A stretch of 64,000 nucleotides of DNA from a virus. Lineage: Duplodnaviria; Caudoviricetes. The stretch is taken from IMG/VR virus record IMGVR_UViG_3300030330_005655, positions 1-64,000 of that record; one strand, given 5' to 3'. A model generated the notes under the pieces. That model made no database searches. It saw only the letters and a program-made list of their open reading frames with translations, and was not told where the DNA came from. Positions 48,362 through 56,683 of the stretch are shown here, one piece after another; positions within the stretch are counted from its first letter, which is position 1, and each line of letters starts with the position of its first letter. The translations under genes were made by a program, and so were the position numbers.

Positions 48362-49176
48362 ACGTAACCATCATCCCCCGCATAATCATCGGGACAAGTT
48401 TTACAGCAGTCTCTTACGCTGCGATTTGGATCTATTATATAAAATCCGATATAATCCCATTGCTCTGTTCTGTCGGAAGCAGGCTCGCCTTCTAATGCGC
48501 CGTTACAACAGCCACAAGGATCAGTACAGATACCTCCAGCGCAACTTCCTACAATTCCAATAAATTTAGGAACCGGCTCTGTAAGCTCGTCTCCAGACTT
48601 ACAATCACTTATTCTTACTTCCCAGTAACATCCACAAGCCTCTGATAAATCATTATCTGTTGGATCGCAATGTTGGTATTCGCTAGTGTTGTAGTTTGTT
48701 TCGAGCGTATCGCAAACCCCCGCAGTGTAAACGGGCGCTTTGCCTGTAGCCGTAAATTCAGCATCACAAATTCTACAAGATGCTGCATCTCCCGTTCCGT
48801 CTACACACGCGCCAACGTTAACAATAGTAACCGTGCCGGTTATCGTTGGATCACACTTGTTTAGGTCCATTTCATAGTATTGTAAGTAAACTTGGTAGTA
48901 GCTACCAAAAGCGGCTACCAGAGGACCAAAAACTATTCTTCCAAGGTGTGGACTTCCGGGAATAGTAACTTCAAACTCAGAGTTACAGTTATCGTTCGGA
49001 GGAGTTGTGGGAAACAGACCACAAACATATTCATCGCCGTCGTATCCTTGACAACATTTACATTCTTTGGCATAGCCATAATCGTCATAATAATCATCAT
49101 CACAACAACAAGCTAAAGTGCCAGCCAGACCTCCATAAGCTTTTAATATTCCGCCAGCGTATCTTATCAACGGCAT
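48358..49176 (-). CDS. Cys-rich acidic protein, putative tail-tip/fibre component
   Basis: 25 Cys in 272 aa (ACCC, CKCC, CGCC, CCKTC); directly downstream of large tail protein. Confidence 0.5.
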   Translation of the reverse strand: MPLIRYAGGILKAYGGLAGTLACCCDDDYYDDYGYAKECKCCQGYDGDEYVCGLFPTTPPNDNCNSEFEVTIPGSPHLGRIVFGPLVAAFGSYYQVYLQYYEMDLNKCDPTITGTVTIVNVGACVDGTGDAASCRICDAEFTATGKAPVYTAGVCDTLETNYNTSEYQHCDPTDNDLSEACGCYWEVRISDCKSGDELTEPVPKFIGIVGSCAGGICTDPCGCCNGALEGEPASDRTEQWDYIGFYIIDPNRSVRDCCKTCPDDYAGDDGYV

Positions 49177-49191
49177 AAATAGTCCTTAGTG

Positions 49192-52100
49192 TTATTCGTA
49201 ATCTTCACAATCAATAAGTGGTATTTTGGTGGGTTCAAGTTTACAGCAATCCCAAATTCTAACCGTGTGTCTACCAAACTCTAAATTAGATCCCACAACA
49301 GCGGCGCTGGTTATAACATTTATATCTCTGTAATGGTCAAAGTATATTACAACCCACTTGCACTCATTGCCGTTTTCAACAAGCATGGCAACACCCTGTC
49401 CCGCAACTTCGTTTTGCAATCTCGGCCCACCTCCGATACCCCCACCTTCCCAGAAAAACTGCATATCATCATAAACCTGAATTGTTCCATCTTCTGCTGC
49501 GTATGGAACATGATCGCATCCACAAAGCTTGTGTACAATATGACCAGTTTGAGGACTGCTCGCATCGCCAGTCTTTGGACATTCAATATCACAATTGACA
49601 TCTTTAGAGCCTCTGATATCAAAAATAACCAACCTGCACTGATTTTGCTTTAATGGTATCCACTCATAATTTTGCCGAACGCATACAATCCACTGGGGCG
49701 GATCTTTCAGAAGCAGAGAAAAATTAGTATCTCTGTTGTATCCGGTAATTATTTCTCCATCTACAACTAGATTGTCGTCACCCTTAGTGGCTGGATCAGG
49801 ATCATCTTTTCTTGCCACCTCTACCTGAAATGTTGTAGGCTCATTCCAAGCGTCGGGCGCTGTTATATCACTTTTAAGCAATCCAACTATAAACTCATGA
49901 CCGCCAGACCAGATTTTTCTTTCGGCATCCCACATTAGGTTTATAGGGCCGGTTTCCCAGTGTCTTCTGTTGCCAGCAGCACCCTGATCAAAAGCTCCAC
50001 CACCAGTGGCACTCATGTCATTTGGAACAGGGTTAGCCGCCAAGTCATAGCCCCAACCAGAAAGAACCATCGGCCCCCTAAAGCCAACACTTCTAACAAT
50101 ATCAGACACGTTATTATTTAAATGGTGCTGTAGGTTGTCTGGATTTGAACTGCCATGAATACTAGAGTGATAATCGCTTTGCCTTAAAAACTCTTGTCCA
50201 TTATCCCCATCTTGATAAAGCTCATAAGGAAAATAAGGATCTAACTCTTCCGAAGAAGGATATATGCTCTGATCTTTAAATCTTTGTCCTTGTTCGTCAG
50301 TTACCGCAACGCTTTCTATCTCTGGATGAGTTGTTGAGCCATCGGGCTTTTCTGTTTGTGTTTGGTAAGGAGAAAAAATCTGCTCTTGAGTAGCACCAAA
50401 AGATTGGCTATATTTTGAAAGAGCCAAGCCATACAAATCACTAACATCTATCATTGCACCTTCAACGGCATATCCAGTATCCCCGTAAGCTTGAAAGTTT
50501 TGTGGGAATTCATCGTTTGGAGCAGTACCATCATACGCGCTAAACATAATCGCAGTTCCGTTTCCACGATTTCTTCTATATCTTTCGTCTATATCATCAA
50601 GATTAAATTCGCCAGCAGGATAAGGATTGAAACCTCTTTTTATAATCTGCTGACGTATTCTTTGAAGCGCATCCAATGTGGCTTTATAAATTCTACTGAG
50701 CCTGTCCGCATTGTACTTAGCCAGCTTTCCAAAGTTTGGAGTCCAAGTATTAAATTGATAAGTAGTATACATGCCGCTTGTGTCTATACTACAACTAAGA
50801 TTTGTAATGTAAGGACCAAGGCTGGTAAATCTATCTGCTATATTAAAGGCTGGCTTTGATGCAAGCCTCATGCTTCCAGACTCATTTTCAATAACCTGCG
50901 CATTTCCAGCGCGAGCATAAGAAGCGCCAATTTCATTCAAGGCTTGAAAACTACCAAAGTTTTCTGGAGCTAAAGATGTATCAAAAACAACTTCAGATTT
51001 TCCATTTGTAGCACCTTCAACAAAGTTATACCACGGACCCCAACAAAACTTTTGACTTTCTTGAGGAACCCCAATGGCAATCGGGTGCTTCAAATCTGGA
51101 GGAACTTGTATCTGTAATAATTCTTTACCAGCACCAATCATCGACTCCAAATTAACATCTGCGTCGAAGTGGTATTTAACAAGCGGAAGCAATCCCAAGT
51201 GAGGCGTGGTGTCAAAGGCATCTATAACACCTCCACCTCTAGCATCGCCAACACGATCCATAAGTGCTGTCTGCGCATAGTTTCTAATCTGAACACCACA
51301 ATCCCAAACTATACAAGGAAGACCTTCTCCACCACCCAAGTCATACCAGAAAACAGTGTCGGTGGCAGGACCGCCTTTTGTTGTGAAAACTCCGTCCTGT
51401 CCAGTAGCACCAGCGTTTGCTGGAGACCATCGGGCATAATCTTGCTGAAGCGCACTATAGTCATAAAAATTAGAATTTGCATATATTTGACCACTTTTTA
51501 ATCTGCCATTAGAGTCGTAAGCCGCTATGTCGTCAACAAGAGGAAGCTCTATGTAGGCAGAGTCAACCGTTTTCCAAGAAGGAACTTGTGTAAGTGGATT
51601 ATCGAAAAGTCCTTGATTAACTCCATCGTCCTCGTTCAGATACTTTAGGTTGTTATCTCTTCCTCCCGGCTCTTCTGGAACAGGAACTACAAACTTTTGT
51701 CTATAGAAATTTTCGGCACATTTAGAAACACCCCTCCAGATGGTGTCAACCTGATGAGCAGCAAAAGATCTATTTGCATTATATGCGTTATTAGCGGTGT
51801 GAAGGCTAGTGGCCGCAAACGCCAAGTTGCCTACAGCGTAAAGCAGGAACTGATCTAGTATGTCTTCAGTAAACTCAAACCCAACACACCAAGGGTCTTG
51901 ATCAAAAGTTCCAGCCGCAATGGATTCTACAACCTTAAATGCCTGCCAAGACTCTTTTCCGCCTAAAGCCATTCTTATTTCTGCTACAGTGGCTATGTAT
52001 CCGGGATTAAAGGAAGACTCATCAAGCATAACCTGAACACTATTTCCGGGCAGATATGCAAGAGGAGCAGTAACCGGATTACCAGCAAAATCGCGACTAA

Positions 52101-54369
52101 TTATCCATCTGCCAGCACCGTCTTTACCCCAAACAGGAACACATTGCTCTATAGGACAATACCACCATCGAGAAGCAGGGGCGCCAATGATTAATTTTTG
52201 AACAACTTCATCTGAAAGCTCTTGACCAACAGAATAAGAAATCAAGCTTTCACCTCTGTTCGCCTCCACATAATCAGATACCACTCCAAGTTGTGGTTGT
52301 TGCGTTCTGTCAACAAGCTTAGTGAGTATAATAGGAGGGTTTCTTTCCTGTCCAAACGTTGGCGAATCGGCTTCATTGTCTATATCTAAAACCCATTCAT
52401 CGTTTATATCTAAAACATAGCCAATAGGACCGCCACCTTCGGGTAACTCAATAATGTCGTCGGTAGGTATTACAGTTACATAATAATTATGCTGTATAAG
52501 CTCACAACATTCTTCAATAACATTAGAAATTGTGGTTGTTTGTCCTGCAATTCTAAAGTTGTTGTATTCAGGTGTTTCAACTATATCTCTAATCGCAGTT
52601 ATGTCTAACCTGTACCTGCTTTGCCCGAAAGATATAGGATCTCCAAAATTAGATTTTCCATAGGACATATTTTCCAAGATTTCTAAAAGTCTTGGGGCAG
52701 GGAATCCTGCCGAGTTTGTTCTAGCCTTTCCAAAATGACCACTTTCTCCAACGGGTTCTGTAAACCTTTCATCCCCAGCAAGCCAGTAATTTTCTTCATG
52801 TGCTAAAGCGTTCCATATATTTCTCATTTGCTGATTATTTTCAGTACCCTTGCAAGGGAACCCATTTGAATCAATAGCAAATATAGGATTATTAACTTTT
52901 GCATCATCATTTATATTACCATCCCCATCTAAACCTTCTGCGGGATTTAGGGGATTTCCTATGCAGCCTTCAGACTCGCGAACAGACACAGGAGAAAAAA
53001 TATCGGATTGCGTGTAAGGTATTTCTCTGTAATCATGACCAAAACTATTACCATCGGCAGCGCCCTGATCCCAGTTAAAACTTGTTCCGTCAAAATTAGA
53101 AAGTATTACGTTTACACCATTTAATACTTTGCCGCCCGGAGACTCTAATATAACATCATATTTTTTTCCGGCGGTGCTTTCATTTAAAGTAAACCTTTGA
53201 AAAACACCACCAAAATAAAACTGACCATATTTAAAATAACACGCAGTTCCAACCTGCGGAGGATTAAACACAACAGGTCTTCTAACTCCGTCAATTGGAT
53301 CTATTTCAGTAGTATCAGGATCTTCGACCAGTGTTAATTGACAAGAGCCTCCTTGAGAACCCCAAGTAGCACTAGACTCAAATTTTTCAACATAGCAACC
53401 AAACATCATGGGTGTTGGGGTACAGTCTTTTACAAATGTCTGAACCATAAAGTCCATTTTTTTTGTAACGACTTCATACTTTGATAGATCGTTTGGCGAC
53501 CAAGTTACTGTCAAGATAGCATCTTCACAAAGCTCCGTTCCAACAGGAGGATCAAACCTAAAAGCTCCTAAATCGCTTATATCTTGACCAGTTGTGGGAT
53601 CTATTACACTCATGCAATACTCTTCCCCGTCACCCTCCGCTAAGGTGTGTGGGAAAACTTGTTCCACTTCGCCCTCACAAGGAAGTCTTGTTTCACACTC
53701 GCCAGAATGTTGCAAACACTCCCAATCTATAAATGGGGTTACACAAACATCTTCTCGTATTTTAATAATTTTAATACTGGAAGTTTTTTCAGTAGTACGA
53801 TAGGTCGCTGTATCATCTGGAACAAATGTGGCAGTCACTTCTGTTGTTTCGCAAAGCTCTGTGCCAGCGGGAGGGCTGAAGGTCAAAGTACCCGGAACTA
53901 CTTCACCGGTATTAGGATCGGTAACAGTAACCTGATCTAGCTCTTGTTGAGAATTTAATATATAAAAAGTTGTAGTTACCAAACCCCGGCAATCTATCTC
54001 TTCTAGACACAATCCAAGATAGCCAGAAAGATTAAAATTAATTCTTGGAGTTTTACAAGAGTCGCTATTAACAATTCTTACTCTTAGATTTTGAACCTTA
54101 GATGCAGAATTATAAGCAGAAGGGTCTGTGGGTGTAAAAGTAGCAGTTATATCGGTATCTGCACAAATTGAAGCCCCAGCCGCTGGCGAATAAGCAAACG
54201 AGCCTTCAACGGTATCTCCAGTATTAGGATCTCTGGCTACTGCATTTAATTCATTTAAAGAGTTTATTACGTAGGAGGTTTGAGTAACCGCCCCTGCGCA
54301 ATTAGTAACCTTTGAGCAAGTTCCTTCGTACTCTGATAAATCCCATTTTATAACTGGTGTTTTCGGCAT
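49192..54369 (-). CDS. Large tail/baseplate protein with three N-terminal Ig-like repeats
   Basis: ~1725 aa acidic; repeats TP.I.W...DP.TG..V.G.F..SP..G..C....ATF.P.D...Y; downstream of tape measure; start ATG 54369 avoids overlap with upstream gene. Confidence 0.7.
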   Translation of the reverse strand: MPKTPVIKWDLSEYEGTCSKVTNCAGAVTQTSYVINSLNELNAVARDPNTGDTVEGSFAYSPAAGASICADTDITATFTPTDPSAYNSASKVQNLRVRIVNSDSCKTPRINFNLSGYLGLCLEEIDCRGLVTTTFYILNSQQELDQVTVTDPNTGEVVPGTLTFSPPAGTELCETTEVTATFVPDDTATYRTTEKTSSIKIIKIREDVCVTPFIDWECLQHSGECETRLPCEGEVEQVFPHTLAEGDGEEYCMSVIDPTTGQDISDLGAFRFDPPVGTELCEDAILTVTWSPNDLSKYEVVTKKMDFMVQTFVKDCTPTPMMFGCYVEKFESSATWGSQGGSCQLTLVEDPDTTEIDPIDGVRRPVVFNPPQVGTACYFKYGQFYFGGVFQRFTLNESTAGKKYDVILESPGGKVLNGVNVILSNFDGTSFNWDQGAADGNSFGHDYREIPYTQSDIFSPVSVRESEGCIGNPLNPAEGLDGDGNINDDAKVNNPIFAIDSNGFPCKGTENNQQMRNIWNALAHEENYWLAGDERFTEPVGESGHFGKARTNSAGFPAPRLLEILENMSYGKSNFGDPISFGQSRYRLDITAIRDIVETPEYNNFRIAGQTTTISNVIEECCELIQHNYYVTVIPTDDIIELPEGGGPIGYVLDINDEWVLDIDNEADSPTFGQERNPPIILTKLVDRTQQPQLGVVSDYVEANRGESLISYSVGQELSDEVVQKLIIGAPASRWWYCPIEQCVPVWGKDGAGRWIISRDFAGNPVTAPLAYLPGNSVQVMLDESSFNPGYIATVAEIRMALGGKESWQAFKVVESIAAGTFDQDPWCVGFEFTEDILDQFLLYAVGNLAFAATSLHTANNAYNANRSFAAHQVDTIWRGVSKCAENFYRQKFVVPVPEEPGGRDNNLKYLNEDDGVNQGLFDNPLTQVPSWKTVDSAYIELPLVDDIAAYDSNGRLKSGQIYANSNFYDYSALQQDYARWSPANAGATGQDGVFTTKGGPATDTVFWYDLGGGEGLPCIVWDCGVQIRNYAQTALMDRVGDARGGGVIDAFDTTPHLGLLPLVKYHFDADVNLESMIGAGKELLQIQVPPDLKHPIAIGVPQESQKFCWGPWYNFVEGATNGKSEVVFDTSLAPENFGSFQALNEIGASYARAGNAQVIENESGSMRLASKPAFNIADRFTSLGPYITNLSCSIDTSGMYTTYQFNTWTPNFGKLAKYNADRLSRIYKATLDALQRIRQQIIKRGFNPYPAGEFNLDDIDERYRRNRGNGTAIMFSAYDGTAPNDEFPQNFQAYGDTGYAVEGAMIDVSDLYGLALSKYSQSFGATQEQIFSPYQTQTEKPDGSTTHPEIESVAVTDEQGQRFKDQSIYPSSEELDPYFPYELYQDGDNGQEFLRQSDYHSSIHGSSNPDNLQHHLNNNVSDIVRSVGFRGPMVLSGWGYDLAANPVPNDMSATGGGAFDQGAAGNRRHWETGPINLMWDAERKIWSGGHEFIVGLLKSDITAPDAWNEPTTFQVEVARKDDPDPATKGDDNLVVDGEIITGYNRDTNFSLLLKDPPQWIVCVRQNYEWIPLKQNQCRLVIFDIRGSKDVNCDIECPKTGDASSPQTGHIVHKLCGCDHVPYAAEDGTIQVYDDMQFFWEGGGIGGGPRLQNEVAGQGVAMLVENGNECKWVVIYFDHYRDINVITSAAVVGSNLEFGRHTVRIWDCCKLEPTKIPLIDCEDYE
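53422..54363 (-). repeat. Three tandem ~104-aa Ig-like repeats with 4 conserved Cys each
   Basis: Visible alignment of three units in the translation. Confidence 0.8.
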
Positions 54370-54377
54370 GTTGTTTC

Positions 54378-56006
54378 CTATTCGGTCGTTAGTGGCATAG
54401 CGTCCCAACTTTCAGAAAGATTGTAAACCCTTGTTGAAGGATTCCAGCTTTCTGTAAAGCTTTTGCACTGCGCGTTATCGGCTGTAGGTCTGTATGGTTC
54501 TGATAGCGTTTGACCGTTGGGCTTGCCAAAGCCTCTAGCCATAGTCAGATCAACTGTTATGTTTGTATTAAAAATTGGAGTTGTTTCAAAGTTTTGAATA
54601 ACTGGACCGTCCTGCTTTCCCAAAACCTGTATAACAGCATATACGTCAACGATGCCATACTGATTAGAGTATGACACATTAATACTTTCTGATATAGATC
54701 CTTCAACAGAAGCCTCTCTGTCATTATAGGTCGCAGAATAAGTTATAACACCACCTGTTTTATTAACACCAACAGATTCATTAACCACTTGCGTACTTAA
54801 AGTGCCAGCCCCGCCGCCGGTTCTATAAACCTCTTCCGCTAAAGTGATCAAGGTAGGTCTCATCAAATCAAAAGCTCGTTTAGCATTATCATATTTAGAT
54901 ATGCTAGTAATACTTGATGTATTATAATCTAACCCATTGATAGTTGCATTTATGTTAACAGTAGTAAATGGCTGGTCTTGCTGTGCTTCATAAGAAGCCT
55001 CTATAACATGATTGGCGAAAAAGTTTTCTTGAGACAAAAGCCAAGTGTCTGTAACCTCATAACTTCCAGCCGATTGATCAGACTTTACAACCCTAACATG
55101 ATTAAATGCATCATAAACAATTAGCCCTGCACCGCCATCGCCAGACAAACTAAACCCAAGCTCGTCAGAAGCTTCAGGCTTGTTCATTTCTATAGGCAAA
55201 AACGTACTTTGAAAAAATGTAGTATCGCCCATCAAGTCTTCTGTTATAGCAACCGTTGGGTCATTCACAAGTCTGGTAGAAACCCACTGAACAGCCTGTC
55301 TAAAAGCCTCGCCGTCGTCTTCTAAGGATGTGGGGTCTTCGTATTTTTTTAAACCCTTTGCGGTAACGGTGTGTGACAAACTGTAGGTTTTATGCATAAC
55401 ATTTTCAGCGCTGTCATAAACACCCCCTTGAAAAAAAATACCATCATTTTGATTAAGATCCCAATTTTCAGAAACAGACTCCAGCAAATACGTTGGATCA
55501 GCTTTAGCCAGTGTATCAATATTTGTGCCAACAGACTCTTCTTGGTATGCCTCAAAAACAAAGTTATACTCAAAATTTTGAACACCAGCAGAATTTTCCT
55601 GCTGCTCTGGAAGATCAACAGAAACAAGTCTAGCATCCTTGTAAATTATAATATTGTCCAAGCCATTATAAGGCTGTATTTCTAATTTACCAGTACCCTG
55701 ATTAGGAAAAATGTTCCTAATAAACTGCATGGTTTTTATAAGATCGCCCTGAATAGTTGACTGCCTTTGACCCTTTTCTGTTATGTCTTGATTAGGTTGT
55801 GCGCTGTCTATCGTGGCGGTTCCGGTAACATTTATGGTGAACTTGGAATTTACATATGTTCCATCTCCGGTAGATATTATTTCTCTTGATATAGAGTATC
55901 TAGGCATTGGCCCAGACAATCCGGTATCGCCAGTGGCTCTGTTTACAGAAGAAACACCACCTATTACTAAAACTTTGCTGTCTTGGTTGGTTTGAAAAAC
56001 TATCAT
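54378..56006 (-). CDS. Putative tail/baseplate structural protein
   Basis: 542 aa acidic, beta-rich; two genes downstream of tape measure. Confidence 0.55.
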   Translation of the reverse strand: MIVFQTNQDSKVLVIGGVSSVNRATGDTGLSGPMPRYSISREIISTGDGTYVNSKFTINVTGTATIDSAQPNQDITEKGQRQSTIQGDLIKTMQFIRNIFPNQGTGKLEIQPYNGLDNIIIYKDARLVSVDLPEQQENSAGVQNFEYNFVFEAYQEESVGTNIDTLAKADPTYLLESVSENWDLNQNDGIFFQGGVYDSAENVMHKTYSLSHTVTAKGLKKYEDPTSLEDDGEAFRQAVQWVSTRLVNDPTVAITEDLMGDTTFFQSTFLPIEMNKPEASDELGFSLSGDGGAGLIVYDAFNHVRVVKSDQSAGSYEVTDTWLLSQENFFANHVIEASYEAQQDQPFTTVNINATINGLDYNTSSITSISKYDNAKRAFDLMRPTLITLAEEVYRTGGGAGTLSTQVVNESVGVNKTGGVITYSATYNDREASVEGSISESINVSYSNQYGIVDVYAVIQVLGKQDGPVIQNFETTPIFNTNITVDLTMARGFGKPNGQTLSEPYRPTADNAQCKSFTESWNPSTRVYNLSESWDAMPLTTE

Positions 56007-56671
56007 TATTCAGAAAAACCTCTTGTAAAGATATTCAATGTTTTTGTTTCTGGGGCTTTGATTATCAGATCCAAACCAGAGGCTTGAACAAAAACACCAC
56101 TTGTGTATAAATCGACATTGTTATTAACAGCATTAGAACGAACAAACAAATTCACATTGCCTTCAGCATTAAAGCTACCATATGGATTTTCTATATACAA
56201 AGGCATATTGTTATTATCTATTGAATTAGACCTTATATGCAAATTTATATTATTATTTTTTCTAAAGAAGATACCATCAGCAGAAGCAACATCACCACTA
56301 ATAAACGCCGTTATTGTGCCGGAAGAAGTAAGGTTGCTGATTGGAGCTTGAAGGAACAATGGGGCCGTTCCAGAGGCTTCAAACTTTCTATCGGTTGGCG
56401 TTATGAATAAAGAAACATCGCCACTAGCTGTAGATCTAGCTCCCACAATATTCAAATCAGCAGTATTATTTACAACATCGCCGCTACCACTAGGTTGAGC
56501 AAATTTATCATTTTGTATAAAAAGAGACATGACGCCGGTGGGAAAACTGTTGATGATCACCAACGGCATTGTTTTTTCTTCTGTCGCCCCGCGAATATAC
56601 GAGTTTATCGAACCGCTGTGAGGAACAGGGCCAGATATAAAAAGGCTCGTATTAGCGTTGTGAGTAGCCAA
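56006..56671 (-). CDS. Putative virion protein with repeated (SG)x(M/L)xL(F/Y)I beta motifs
   Basis: About a dozen SLFI/PLYI/NLFV/DLYT repeats; TTG start with AGGAG upstream. Confidence 0.55.
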   Translation of the reverse strand: MATHNANTSLFISGPVPHSGSINSYIRGATEEKTMPLVIINSFPTGVMSLFIQNDKFAQPSGSGDVVNNTADLNIVGARSTASGDVSLFITPTDRKFEASGTAPLFLQAPISNLTSSGTITAFISGDVASADGIFFRKNNNINLHIRSNSIDNNNMPLYIENPYGSFNAEGNVNLFVRSNAVNNNVDLYTSGVFVQASGLDLIIKAPETKTLNIFTRGFSE

Positions 56672-56683
56672 TCCTAAAAACTC

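Noticed and set aside
48358-49176. Lipoprotein (LAC) or RiPP precursor
   Set aside because: Poor lipobox and signal peptide; too long and located in the tail operon
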